Shown here: one piece after another, positions 1-10,301 of the stretch | How the letters are laid out: every line of letters starts with the position of its first letter | Position numbering within the stretch: the first letter of the stretch is position 1 | Source of the DNA: Candidatus Eiseniibacteriota bacterium | GTDB taxonomy: Bacteria; Eisenbacteria; RBG-16-71-46; CAVPCR01 | Assembly (NCBI GenBank): GCA_963823555.1 | Contig: CAWGMA010000001.1 | Location: 288,001-352,000 of the forward strand | Direction of reading: 5' to 3' | Length of the DNA stretch: 64,000 nucleotides | Notes under the pieces: model-generated | Databases searched by the model: none | The model's input: only the letters and a program-made list of their open reading frames with translations | Told to the model about the DNA's origin: nothing | Made by a program: the position numbers and the translations under genes

Positions 1-889
1 CGACTACTCGCCGCGGGCCTGGGTTCACTACATCGGAGGCCACCTCCACCTGGTCCGCCAGGTGATCGATCAGCGCCCGGCTCCTGTGCGTTCGCTGATC
101 GCCCATGCCGCCGGACTGTTCGTCCTGCTGCTCGTCTCTGCGCTCGCCCTCGCTCTTCTCGACCAGCCGGGAGTCAGCCGCCACGTGTTCCTGGCCGGGG
201 GTGTCGCCCTCCTCTGCCTCTCCGGGTGGGCGCTCCTTCATCTCGGTCTGCTCACCGATCTCGGTGGCCGGCCGCTACTCGGGTTCGGCGCACCCAATGC
301 GCTCACCCTGTTCCGCGGAGTGGCGGGGCCGCCGCTAATCGTGCTCGCGGCCGCAGGGGAGATCGGTCTTGCCGCCGTCGTGTACCTCCTGGCTTCGCTG
401 TCCGATGTCGTCGATGGCTTTGTCGCACGGCGGCACGGACCGGTGTCGCACCTGGGAGTCGTGATGGATACGCTGGTCGACATCGTGTGGAACTCGAGCG
501 CGATTTTGGCCTTCGTGCTGGCCGGCATCCTGCCGGCGTGGATCCTCGTGCTCGTGGGCGCGCGGTACGGCCTGCTCCTGACTGGATCGGCGGTGTTCTA
601 TCTCCTCAATACCGAAGTCCACATCCGTCCGACACGATTCGGCAAGCTCACCGGCTTCTTCACCGCCGGGGTGATCCTGCTCATCCTCGTCAATCGCCAG
701 GTGGTCGGCCACGGGCTACTCAGGCCGGGAGCGGCGGCGGAAGTGGAATCGTTGCTCGAGATCGTCCTCGGATTCCTCTTCGCGAGCACGATCATCCACG
801 TTGTCGTGCTCGGGCTCTTCAACATCCACGGCCCGCCACGGCCCGCCGAGCGCGTCGCGGGCAAGGTCGTGGGGCGGATCCGGTCATGA
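1..889 (+). CDS. CDP-alcohol phosphatidyltransferase family membrane protein (probably 5'-truncated by the window)
   Basis: PNALTLFR and the SDVVDGFVARRHGPVSHLGVVMDTLVD signature; multiple TM helices; frame is open from nt 2 upstream of GTG 62. Confidence 0.9.
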   Translation, partial: DYSPRAWVHYIGGHLHLVRQVIDQRPAPVRSLIAHAAGLFVLLLVSALALALLDQPGVSRHVFLAGGVALLCLSGWALLHLGLLTDLGGRPLLGFGAPNALTLFRGVAGPPLIVLAAAGEIGLAAVVYLLASLSDVVDGFVARRHGPVSHLGVVMDTLVDIVWNSSAILAFVLAGILPAWILVLVGARYGLLLTGSAVFYLLNTEVHIRPTRFGKLTGFFTAGVILLILVNRQVVGHGLLRPGAAAEVESLLEIVLGFLFASTIIHVVVLGLFNIHGPPRPAERVAGKVVGRIRS

Positions 890-1440
890 GCGGCAACGGC
901 AGCACGAGCAAGGATGGGCGAAACGCCATGCGGACGGCGCTGGCGGGAGACCTCGCCACCTTCCGGCCTTATGATCTCTGCCAGCTGTTCTCCCTGTCGC
1001 GCGCGACGGGGACGCTCTTCCTGCGTGCCCCCGGTGTCCGGGGGGTGATCGTCGTCGAGGACGGTGCCATCGTGAGCGTGCGGGCCCGCCCCAATGCCGA
1101 GCGGATCGGTCACTTGCTCGTCGTCCGCGGGTTGATCGCGGAGTCGGCTCTCAACGAGTCGCTGGCGCTCAAGATAGGCGGCGACCCGCGCCCGATCGGG
1201 GAGATCCTGGTCACCTGCGGCGCCCTGTCCGCCCAGGCGCTGGAGGAAGCCCTCACCGAGCAGGAGCGGGACACGCTCGCCACGCTCCTCTTGCTGCCCG
1301 CCGGTCGGTTCGCCTTTGCGCGGGATCTGCTCTTTCCCGGCGAGCGCCGTCTCGGTGGCGCCGATCCGCAGGCGCTCGTCCTGGATGCGCTGGCTCGCCT
1401 CGACGAGAGGGAGGCCGGCTCCCCACCTCCCCTCACCTAG
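886..1440 (+). CDS. DUF4388 (PatA_N-like) protein with MshEN-like internal repeats
   Basis: ALAGDLATFRPYDLCQLFSLSRATGTL...GRFAF pattern; RIGHLLVVRGLI and PIGEILVTCGAL repeats; ATG 886 overlaps the upstream stop (ATGA). Confidence 0.8.
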   Translation: MSGNGSTSKDGRNAMRTALAGDLATFRPYDLCQLFSLSRATGTLFLRAPGVRGVIVVEDGAIVSVRARPNAERIGHLLVVRGLIAESALNESLALKIGGDPRPIGEILVTCGALSAQALEEALTEQERDTLATLLLLPAGRFAFARDLLFPGERRLGGADPQALVLDALARLDEREAGSPPPLT

Positions 1441-1517
1441 TCCTACCTCCCCGCACCCGGTCCCACCCCTCCGGACCTGGGTCCCGGACGGGTGGTCCTC
1501 GACCGCAATCAGGCGCT

Positions 1518-3422
1518 CTACGGCCTGGTGGCCGCCCTCAGATTCGTGATCACCGCGTTGATCTGGTCGCGCTCCGCTCCCGGCGGGGTGAGCGTCACAT
1601 AGGCCTCGAGCGCGGCGAGAGCTTCCGGGTAGCGGCCGAGAGCCAGGTAGCTCTCGCCGAGGTCGAGCCGGATATCGGCGGCGGATGGTTCCAGCCGCAC
1701 CGCGCGGGCGAGGACCTCGGCTGCCTCTTCGTGGCGTCCAAGCTGGTTCAAGGTCATTCCGAGATTGGCGGCCGCATCGGAAAAATCCGCGTCAACCTGC
1801 AATACTTTGCGCCATTCGACGATGGCCGCCTCGGTCTCGCCGGCCTGCGCCAGGGTGGAGCCGAGATCGGTATGCGCCGCCGTATAGATGGGGGGAGGGG
1901 CGGCGAGCTGCGGATCAGGTAGACCACGTACGATCTCGACCAGGCGCATGGTGTCATCGTGTCCGAAGAAGAAGCTCGGTCGATGGCGGTCGGGAGCATA
2001 GGCGCTCAGAAACTGCCCGGTGAGAGATGGATTGTCGTACCACACGCGGAGGGCGGGGCCGTCGGCGAGCTGGAATCCGATCCAGGGCGGGATGTTCCAG
2101 AAATACACGCGCGCGCTCTCGGGAAACGCGGGATGGGTCCGCTGCAGATCGTCCCTGAAGTTCCACAGATGAACCGATGCGCGGCGGATGTTGTGGGCGT
2201 CACAAAGCGCCGGCGGATAGACGAGGGCCGCCCCCGCGCCGAGCGCGCCGGCCACGGCCACCGCCGCCACGCCCACGACCAAGCCCCCGGTGGCGCCGGG
2301 CATGCGGAGACGGGTGAACGTCAAGAGCGCGCTCAGCCCTGCGGCGAGTCCGAGCGCCGGGTAGTAGGCATAGTAGGTGAAGTGGCTGATCACCGTGATG
2401 AGGGGCAGGATTGCCGACAGCGACCACAGGAGAGCCATGAGGACCAGTGACGCTGCGCCACGCGTGATCGCGCGCGCGCTGACGCCCGATGGGCGCGGCT
2501 TGTCCTCGGCGCCGAGGAGGCGGAGGGAGAGCGCAAGCAGCGCTGCGGCGGTAAGGACCTGGCCTGTGGTCGCCAGCGGGCCGTAGGGCCAGTGAAAGCG
2601 ATCGACAGGCTCGACCATGAACAGCGAACGCACGGTGACACGCAGGGTCTCGATGTCCAGACGGCCGAGAAGACTCGCGTGCCCCGGCTCGCGAGAGTGG
2701 ATCGTCCGGCCCATCTCGTTCCAGGGCAGCCAGGGGTTCAAGAAGAGCCAGGCCGAAAAGACCAGAGCGACCGGTGCTTGGCGCCGGAGAGCCGGCCCTA
2801 GCCTGGACTCCTCGATCATCCAGTCCCAGAGGGCCAGGAGCGGGAAGAGGAACGCAGCGGTTTCCTTGCAGAGGAGCGCCCCCAGATAGAAGAGGACGTA
2901 GAGCCAGCGGCGCCGGGACAGGTGAGCCAGGATGGCGGCGAGCGCCAGATCGACGGCGAGGAGGTCCTGGATGCCGCATACCCAGGAGGCCGGTGTGCCG
3001 GCCGCCGGATGCAGTGCGAACAAGACCGCCGCCAGAAGGCCGGCGCCGGTGGCCCGGGTCCCGGAGGGCGGAAGGCGAAACGCCCCGGCCACCAGCCGGC
3101 GCGCCGCGAAGGCCATGAGGATGAGGCCGGCGGCATAGACGCCGAGATTGACGAGGTGATAGGGACCGGGCTCGTTTCCGAACAGCTTCCGCCCCGCCCA
3201 GAAATAGAGATTTCGGGTCAGCGGCCGATAGACGTTGCCGAGCGCGTCTATTGCGTTCCAGTTGTCGCTGAAACTCGCCGTGCGCGCCCGCTCGAGGAAC
3301 AGGAAGTCATCGTTGATGAACGAGATGCCTGCGGCCCATCCATAGCGGAAGAGGGCGAGGGCGACGAGGAGGGCAAGGCCCGCGGCGAAGCCGAGGGCAA
3401 CCTGCTTGGGGCTGGGCGCCAT
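1518..3422 (-). CDS. Polytopic membrane protein with C-terminal TPRs; TMTC-like/GT-C glycosyltransferase candidate
   Basis: NDDF after the first TM, YRPLT and LFALHP motifs, many TM helices, about 3 TPRs at the C-terminus. Confidence 0.7.
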   Translation of the reverse strand: MAPSPKQVALGFAAGLALLVALALFRYGWAAGISFINDDFLFLERARTASFSDNWNAIDALGNVYRPLTRNLYFWAGRKLFGNEPGPYHLVNLGVYAAGLILMAFAARRLVAGAFRLPPSGTRATGAGLLAAVLFALHPAAGTPASWVCGIQDLLAVDLALAAILAHLSRRRWLYVLFYLGALLCKETAAFLFPLLALWDWMIEESRLGPALRRQAPVALVFSAWLFLNPWLPWNEMGRTIHSREPGHASLLGRLDIETLRVTVRSLFMVEPVDRFHWPYGPLATTGQVLTAAALLALSLRLLGAEDKPRPSGVSARAITRGAASLVLMALLWSLSAILPLITVISHFTYYAYYPALGLAAGLSALLTFTRLRMPGATGGLVVGVAAVAVAGALGAGAALVYPPALCDAHNIRRASVHLWNFRDDLQRTHPAFPESARVYFWNIPPWIGFQLADGPALRVWYDNPSLTGQFLSAYAPDRHRPSFFFGHDDTMRLVEIVRGLPDPQLAAPPPIYTAAHTDLGSTLAQAGETEAAIVEWRKVLQVDADFSDAAANLGMTLNQLGRHEEAAEVLARAVRLEPSAADIRLDLGESYLALGRYPEALAALEAYVTLTPPGAERDQINAVITNLRAATRP

Positions 3423-3694
3423 GACGTCATGGTGCCACAGCCAGGCCTGCCTTGCCGACCCTGTCCTTGAGCCCGCTCCTGCCGCTGTCCCGCTCTGGAA
3501 CAGCGCCCGTTCTCACGGTCTCATCGTTCCATGGCGGCCGTCAGCGCTCCCCATCTTCCGCTGGGCATCGCCTCGGGGCCGGCCGATAGCTCCAAGTGAA
3601 GCTCGGCCATGGCCTTCGGCAACCTGGATGGAAGGACGAGACCGAGCGCGACCCCAATCCAAGGCACCCCGTCGATCAGAGCGCTTACGTGGTC

Positions 3695-6600
3695 ATGATG
3701 AGACGCAGATTGCGTGCAGGCGTCAGGGTACTTGCCCGCGCTGGGCGCGCCCGCGCCAGGATGTGGTTCCGCGCCGAGGCCACATCCGCATCGGCGGTTC
3801 TGCTGGGCGCCGCCGTGATTCTCGCCGCGGGAGCGGCTCATGCCACCCCGGGCAGCGGCACTGCGACCATCGCTCCCTCCGAGCCCGTCGCGGCGGGCAG
3901 CACGGGCACCTGGACGATCGACTATGTCGCTGCCGAGTCGTTTCATCCTTCACGCGGCGGGTTGATCATCGTCACCATCCCGGAAGGCTGGAGCCCACCG
4001 GGATCCGGCCCCCTCATCGCCCCCGGCCACGTCGTCGTGAGCGGCCCCGGTTCGAGCATCGATTCGGTGGTCGTCAACGGGCGGGACATCCGCGTGTATG
4101 CCGGGAGTAACGCTGGCGACCGTGTCCTTGCCGGGGACCACCTCCTCGTGGGCTATGGCGAGCCCGCGCCCGCGGGTGCCGCCCAGGTGCCGATCCAGGC
4201 TCCGGCGACCGCCGTCTTCAGCGTCGCCAGTGACCCCGATCGGGATGCCCCGCAGCCCTTGAGCGCGGGATCCCCGGAGCTCCAGGTCGTTCCCGCGGCT
4301 GCGCTCTACCTGGTCTGGGAACCGGCGAGCTTCGGGCTCGTCGCCGGCGTGCCGGCGCCGGTGCGTCTGTCCCTGCGCGACGCGTTCGGCAACCCGGCGG
4401 CGCCGGGTGCCGATCAGCTCATCAGCGTCACTGCGGCGTCATCGACGCTCCGCATCCTGAACGATGGCGCTCCGGCCTCCGAGATCGTGATCCCGGCGGA
4501 CTCGACGGGAGTGGAACTCGACGTCGTCGAGACCACGGTGGGCACGGGGGTCTCGATCCGGGCTGCGGACGGCGACGGCGTGCCGCCGGCCTTGACCGCG
4601 GCGGTGGCCCAGGTCACGACGTCGCCAGGGGACGCCGCACGATTCCGGGTCTCCGGAGTCCTGGATCCGGTGGAGGCTGGTGTCCCGGTGAGTGTTGTCG
4701 TCGAGGTGCAGGATGCCTTCGGCAACCGGGCGGTGGAATATGGGGGAACCATCGGGTTTGCGACCACCGATCCCGGTCCCGAGGTCCTGCTCCCGGCCGA
4801 TTACACCTTCAACCAGGCCGAAGCTGGCATTCATGTGTTCGCCGGTGAGGTCGTGCTGGTGACCGTCGGAGAGCACACGCTCTCCGTGGTCGATCGCGCG
4901 GACCCGCAGATGCTGGGCCAGCAGGAAGGGATCACGGTCACTTCCGGTCCGGCTTCAGCGCTCGTTGTCTCCGGCATCGTTGATCCCGGCGTCGCCGGCG
5001 TGCCGGGCGATGTCGTGGTCGAGGCCCGGGACGCCTATGGCAACCGAGCCAGCGACTATCTCGGCACGGTGACCTTCTCGACGAGCGATGGTCATCCCAG
5101 CGTCATCCTGCCGGCCGACTATGCGTTCGTGCCGGCCGACTCGGGGTGGCATCGCTTCACCGCTGGGGTCACGCTCATGAGCGCCGGCTCGCAGCTGGTC
5201 GCCGCCGACGACGTGGGCGCCGGCCTGCGCGGTGAGCAGACCGGGATCGATGTCATCGCCGGTTCTCCCCACATCGCCGTTCTCCTGCCCCCGGGCTCCA
5301 TCCCGGTGACCGCCGGCGGCGAGCAGCCGATCCTGCTCGTGGTCGAGGATGTGGCTGGCAATCCGGTGCCGGGAGAAGCGGCCACCATCGCCGTCGTCGA
5401 TGCTGCCGCCGGCCGCCTCGAGCCCGATCCATCTCATCCCGGCGGGACGCAGGGCTCAGGCACCGTGCAATCCGGTCTCACCGACGGGGGAGGCCGGCTC
5501 ACGGTGCGCTACCTGGCTGCGGGATCCGCCGGTGAGATCGATAGTCTTGACGGCTGGACCGCGACGATTGGCGCCGGCGAGGTGGATGGCATCGAGATCG
5601 TGACCACGGCATCCGGCGCCACGAGACTCGTCTTTGTACCAGCTACGGCCATCACGGATACGGCCATGGCCGCCATTCCGCTCACCATCGAGGCGCATGA
5701 CAGCTACGGCAACGTGGACCCGACCGCCGCCCCGCTGGTCCGCCTCACCGCCGATTCGCCGACCGCGCAGTTCTCGGTGGACGGTGGTGCCACGTGGTCG
5801 GCGACCAGCGCCGATTCTCTCGTCCTCGCCGCCGGAACCAGCGCCGATCGCATCCGCTTCCGTGATACCAGGGCTGGTATGCCCGGAGTGACCGCTCGTG
5901 ATACGGCGGGCTTCCTGGCCCAGGCCATGCGCTCGGACCTGACCATCATCCCGGCACCGGCCGCCGGTTCGATCGCTCTCTCCGTCGTTCCCGATCTGCT
6001 GACCGCCGACGGTCAGAGCGAGGCCCAGGTTTCGGGCGGGCCGGTCACCGATCGCTACGGGAATCTCGTTGTCGATCGCTTCGTGACCGTGAGCACATCT
6101 CTGGGCACGCTCGTTGCGGTTGACGAGAGTCCGGCTCCGGGGATGCAGCGCCGCACCGATCTCGCAGGTCGGTTCAGTCTTGCGGTCCAGGCAGCAGACA
6201 ATCCCGGACAGGCGCAGATATCCGTGATCAGCGGACCGGGCTCCGACGCGGGCTCCGCGGCGGGAGCTGCTGGGCTCACCTTCCTGCCCCGAGTCCAGTG
6301 GGCACTGATCCCCAACACGCTCCAGCCGTCAAGCGCGGTTCCTGGCGACACGGTTGCCTTCACCGTCGCCGTCCAGAACCTGGGACCCAGCGCGGCGACA
6401 CTTGGCGCCGGTTCGACCATCCGCTGGGCCGAGCCCGGGGGAGCGAGCTATGTGAGTGCGCTGAGCGCTCCGGTCATGGTGTCGGCGGCGGGTTCGGGCG
6501 AGCTCCAGTTCACCGGCGCGCGTATCGATCCCGGTCTACCTGCCGGGCAGTACACGCCGCTCTATGCCCTGCGCGGAACGGACGCCCATGGCTCGGCGAT

Positions 6601-9600
6601 CGATACGCTGGTGGCGGGCGATGTCGATGGCCTGAACCTCGTCGGCCTCGCCCTGGGCGCGGTCACGGCTCCGGCCCGCGTGGCCCGCGGTCAGAACGGC
6701 GTCCTGGTCGGGGTCACGGTCCAGAACCTGGGGTTCGGCGAGGTCGTGGTGAGCGGTGTCGACCTCAACTTCTCGGCCCCCGCGTATGCAGAGCGCGGGG
6801 TGGCGCCCACGCTTCCCTACACGCTCGGCCCGCGTGCACAGCACACATTCGTCATCACCGTGGATGTCGATCCACTGGCGAGCCTGGGTCCCGTTCAGAT
6901 CGATGCCAGCGCCGTGTTCCAGAGCGGCAGCGGGCTGCACGGGGTTGCCGGAGCCACGCCTGCGACCTGGACTGTCGACACCGCGGCTCTGCTCAGCGCC
7001 TTGCCAGGAGGCTTGACGCCCACTCTCGCATCCAGCGGGCAGACGCATGAAGCTGCCGTCGTGGTCGCCAATCAGGGATCGGCGGGCGTGGTCCTCGATG
7101 CAGGAGGCACCCGCCTCATCGCCGGGCCGTCCGGGTCCGAGCTCATCGCCGCCCTCCCGGCCCCGGCCCTGGTGGCGGGGAACGGCCAGACCGCGCTCCG
7201 TCTCTCGGACCTCGTGGTTCCGGGCGGCTATCCCGCAGGCCGATGGCCGGCCCGGCTCGAGCTCCGCGGCACGGAGAACGGCGCTCCCTACGCCACCCAG
7301 CTCAGCCTCCCCGACTCGCTCACCATCGTCGCCCCCGCCGCCCTCGCGGTCGCGGCCGGCAGCATGGCTCCCGACTCGGTGTCGCTCGGCCAGCTCCGCA
7401 GTTTTTCGCTTGAAATGATCAATAATGGCGGCGCCACCGTCACCGTGCGCGAGGGCTCTCTCCTGCGACTGAGCGGCGGCACGACCGTGGATCTCGGCCT
7501 CACCGGCGGGGAGCGCTCCATCGCTCCGGGTGCCCGCATGGCTCTCACCTTCGGCCCGGGTGAGATCCCCGCCGCGCTCGGCGCCGGAGCTGCGAGCGTG
7601 TCGGTCGTGGCTCTGACCCGGGAGAATGGGCTCGAGGGTTCGGTGATCGCCTCGGTGCCGGAGCCACTCCAGGTCGACCGCCCGGCGGCACCGCGCTGGG
7701 TGGGCGGAACCCTGGCCCCGGATCGGGTCACTCGCGGGCAGAGCGCGGCTTTCAGCCTTGCTCTGACCAATGACGGCGAAGCCGCCTTCTCGCTGCTGGC
7801 GGGGAGCCGGCTTCTGGTCACCGATGGCGTGCACGAGCTCAGCATCACCTACAGCGGTCCGACCCGGGTGCTCGCCGGCGGCGAGGTCCAGACCCTCGCC
7901 TTTCCCGAGACCCAGGTTCCAGCCGACCTCGCGGCTCAAGCCTATGGGCCGGCGCTCCACCTGCTGGCGGTCGAGCACGGCGTGGCCGGCACCGCCGTGG
8001 TCGACGCCCCGGAGGGGGAACTGACCGTCGAGGCTCCATCCGACCTGCGCTACGTGCGGGGGACTTTGACCCCCGATCTGGCGGTGGCGGGACAGACGGT
8101 GGCCTTCCAGGTGGTGGTCGAGAACCGCGGCGGCGCAGCGATTCACCCCGCCGCGGCCACCGTGTTCGAATTCGACGGTTTCTCGATCGGTCTCGATATG
8201 TTGCGGACATCAGCGACTATTCCCGCAGGGGCCGTGGATACCCTGTTCTTCGCCGAGGCGCCGGTCACGGTCCTGACGACCGGTTGGCAAACGCCGGCGA
8301 TCGATTTCAACGGCAGCGACTGGAACGGCGAGCCGCTGGCGTTCGGCATCGATCTCGCGCCGGATCAGGTCGAGGTCGTGACCGGATCCGCCCTGCGCGT
8401 GGTCGAACTCGTGAGCGAGGCTCCCCGTGGCGCGCGCGTCAATCGCAGTCAGCGCTTCCCGTTCCGTCTCCGCGTCGTCAACGTGGGGGAGGAGGAGGTG
8501 GCGGGAGCGACGGCCACGATCGCCGGACCCGGCCTCTCGGCGCCGGTTCAGTTGCCGCTGGGTGCGCTCGCGGGCGGGGACACGCTGACCTATGAGCTCG
8601 AGGCGATCGCCGCCGGGAGCACGGGCTCGGCGCTCGCCAGCGCCACGCTGGCAGGCGGTCACGGGATCATCTCGGGCCGACCGCCGACCTTCCTGCCCGC
8701 CCTCGACGACACGCTCCGGCTCGCCATCGAACGCGAGGCGAGACTGGCGGCCCGGGTTGCGATCAGCGGCCCGGCCGGGGCTGCCGATGGCGTCGCCTCG
8801 TCGGGCTCGCTCCTCGACCTCGAAGTCCACGTCGACAACCAGGGCGATGCTCCGATCGGCGCCGGGGGCACGGTCGAGCTCCGGGTCCCCTCGGGTTACG
8901 GCATCCTTGGCCCGACCCGGCAGAGCTTCCTGGCCGGCTCGCCCGTCCCCTTCGCCGTCGTGGCACCACCTTCCGCGGCCGCTCGCGACTCCTTTGTCGT
9001 CACGATCCACGATGTTCCGCTCGACTTGAACTCCGGCGGTGATGCGCAAGTCATTGCGCCAAGGACGGCGGTCGCCATCGAGACCGTGAGCGCGGCCGAG
9101 CTCGAGGTGGCTCTGGCCATCGTTGAACCCGAGAACGCGCGTGCAGGGACAGCGCTCCCCGATCAGGTCGTCACGGTTGAGGCCCGGGTGACGAACACGG
9201 GAACGGCGGCGGTGATCGGGACCGGGCTCCTGACGCTCACGCTCGGCAGCACCGAGCTCACGTTGGCTCCGGGAGAAGCTGCCGAGCAGCCGTTCACGGT
9301 GGGCGAGACGGTTTCCTTCCGCGTCGTTGCCGCCGGGCAGACCGGTCCGCCCTTTGCCATCTCGGCGCGTATCGCCGCGGCACCGCCGGATGAGAACACC
9401 GGAGCGGCCGCGCTCGTAGCTCGCTCGGAGGCCACGGTCAGCCTCGCCACCCAGGCGATCGCCGCCGAGCTCGCCGGCGCCGCCTTGGCCCCGGCCGCGC
9501 CCGCATTCCTCCGCGGTGGAACACCGGTTCCGATCGTCCGCTTCACGGTGGCCAACGTGGCTCCACCCGGGCATCCGCTCGTCCTGACCGGCGTCGAACC

Positions 9601-10273
9601 GGCCCTGATGCGCCTCACCGTCGAGGATGCCGGGGCCGCGCGGGCCGGGAGCGGGCTCGCCCGCGTCGGACCGAGCGCGCTCATGCCGATCGCGGAAACT
9701 CTGGCCCGCATCGAGCTGCGCCGTGATGGCGAGAGCGGGGACCTTGCCGCGGTCTGGGAAGGGGAGGGGGAGCCGGTGCTCGCTCTCGCCGACACCCTCG
9801 CCGGCCAGGAGACGCGCACCTACGTGCTCGCCGTCAGCGTGGCGGCAGGGGCGCCGGCCGGCACCTACCGTCTCGAGCTGGGCCACCCCGGGACGCTCTG
9901 GCTCGGCGACCCGGTTTCCGGCGAAGCGGTGCCGTTCGTGCTCGCCGAAGGCCTCGTCGAGTCCGCCCCGCTCACCCTCTTCGAGCGACCACTGGCGGCT
10001 CCCAATCCCTTCGCGCCGGGCAAGGCGGCGACCCGGATCACCTACGTCCTCGACGCCGATGCCGGCGTCGATATCGAGATCTTCACGCTCTACGGCGATC
10101 GCGTCTGGAGTCAGTCGCTCTCGAGCGGCGGTGCCGGCGGCCGGGCCGGGATCAACCAGGTGGCCTGGGACGGTCGCAATGACAGCGGGCAGGCGGTTCG
10201 CAACGGAGTCTATCACTGTCGGATCCGCGGCGGCGGCATCGACACTACGGTGAAAATTGCGGCGATCCGCTAA
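3695..10273 (+). CDS. Giant secreted Ig-like repeat protein with C-terminal FlgD-Ig/T9SS-like domain (start uncertain: 3695 or 3761)
   Basis: Signal-like VLLGAAVILAAGAAHA; repeated D-x-[FY]-G-N beta-sandwich units; C-terminal PNPF...WDGRNDSGQAVRNGVY...KIAAIR. Confidence 0.85.
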   Translation: MMRRRLRAGVRVLARAGRARARMWFRAEATSASAVLLGAAVILAAGAAHATPGSGTATIAPSEPVAAGSTGTWTIDYVAAESFHPSRGGLIIVTIPEGWSPPGSGPLIAPGHVVVSGPGSSIDSVVVNGRDIRVYAGSNAGDRVLAGDHLLVGYGEPAPAGAAQVPIQAPATAVFSVASDPDRDAPQPLSAGSPELQVVPAAALYLVWEPASFGLVAGVPAPVRLSLRDAFGNPAAPGADQLISVTAASSTLRILNDGAPASEIVIPADSTGVELDVVETTVGTGVSIRAADGDGVPPALTAAVAQVTTSPGDAARFRVSGVLDPVEAGVPVSVVVEVQDAFGNRAVEYGGTIGFATTDPGPEVLLPADYTFNQAEAGIHVFAGEVVLVTVGEHTLSVVDRADPQMLGQQEGITVTSGPASALVVSGIVDPGVAGVPGDVVVEARDAYGNRASDYLGTVTFSTSDGHPSVILPADYAFVPADSGWHRFTAGVTLMSAGSQLVAADDVGAGLRGEQTGIDVIAGSPHIAVLLPPGSIPVTAGGEQPILLVVEDVAGNPVPGEAATIAVVDAAAGRLEPDPSHPGGTQGSGTVQSGLTDGGGRLTVRYLAAGSAGEIDSLDGWTATIGAGEVDGIEIVTTASGATRLVFVPATAITDTAMAAIPLTIEAHDSYGNVDPTAAPLVRLTADSPTAQFSVDGGATWSATSADSLVLAAGTSADRIRFRDTRAGMPGVTARDTAGFLAQAMRSDLTIIPAPAAGSIALSVVPDLLTADGQSEAQVSGGPVTDRYGNLVVDRFVTVSTSLGTLVAVDESPAPGMQRRTDLAGRFSLAVQAADNPGQAQISVISGPGSDAGSAAGAAGLTFLPRVQWALIPNTLQPSSAVPGDTVAFTVAVQNLGPSAATLGAGSTIRWAEPGGASYVSALSAPVMVSAAGSGELQFTGARIDPGLPAGQYTPLYALRGTDAHGSAIDTLVAGDVDGLNLVGLALGAVTAPARVARGQNGVLVGVTVQNLGFGEVVVSGVDLNFSAPAYAERGVAPTLPYTLGPRAQHTFVITVDVDPLASLGPVQIDASAVFQSGSGLHGVAGATPATWTVDTAALLSALPGGLTPTLASSGQTHEAAVVVANQGSAGVVLDAGGTRLIAGPSGSELIAALPAPALVAGNGQTALRLSDLVVPGGYPAGRWPARLELRGTENGAPYATQLSLPDSLTIVAPAALAVAAGSMAPDSVSLGQLRSFSLEMINNGGATVTVREGSLLRLSGGTTVDLGLTGGERSIAPGARMALTFGPGEIPAALGAGAASVSVVALTRENGLEGSVIASVPEPLQVDRPAAPRWVGGTLAPDRVTRGQSAAFSLALTNDGEAAFSLLAGSRLLVTDGVHELSITYSGPTRVLAGGEVQTLAFPETQVPADLAAQAYGPALHLLAVEHGVAGTAVVDAPEGELTVEAPSDLRYVRGTLTPDLAVAGQTVAFQVVVENRGGAAIHPAAATVFEFDGFSIGLDMLRTSATIPAGAVDTLFFAEAPVTVLTTGWQTPAIDFNGSDWNGEPLAFGIDLAPDQVEVVTGSALRVVELVSEAPRGARVNRSQRFPFRLRVVNVGEEEVAGATATIAGPGLSAPVQLPLGALAGGDTLTYELEAIAAGSTGSALASATLAGGHGIISGRPPTFLPALDDTLRLAIEREARLAARVAISGPAGAADGVASSGSLLDLEVHVDNQGDAPIGAGGTVELRVPSGYGILGPTRQSFLAGSPVPFAVVAPPSAAARDSFVVTIHDVPLDLNSGGDAQVIAPRTAVAIETVSAAELEVALAIVEPENARAGTALPDQVVTVEARVTNTGTAAVIGTGLLTLTLGSTELTLAPGEAAEQPFTVGETVSFRVVAAGQTGPPFAISARIAAAPPDENTGAAALVARSEATVSLATQAIAAELAGAALAPAAPAFLRGGTPVPIVRFTVANVAPPGHPLVLTGVEPALMRLTVEDAGAARAGSGLARVGPSALMPIAETLARIELRRDGESGDLAAVWEGEGEPVLALADTLAGQETRTYVLAVSVAAGAPAGTYRLELGHPGTLWLGDPVSGEAVPFVLAEGLVESAPLTLFERPLAAPNPFAPGKAATRITYVLDADAGVDIEIFTLYGDRVWSQSLSSGGAGGRAGINQVAWDGRNDSGQAVRNGVYHCRIRGGGIDTTVKIAAIR

Positions 10274-10301
10274 CATCTGCAGAGCCCAAGGGCTCGAACC
10301 G

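Noticed and set aside
226..885. N-terminal half of the 404-aa ORF 226-1440
   Set aside because: Arg/Pro-rich off-frame overlap with the phosphatidyltransferase; the real gene most likely starts at ATG 886
6536..10276. Long antisense ORFs (6536-8146, 8210-10276; likewise 12074-13471, 13916-15457, 34334-36265, 48652-50010, 58318-59481)
   Set aside because: Shadow ORFs opposite well-supported genes, expected at this GC content; no recognisable motifs
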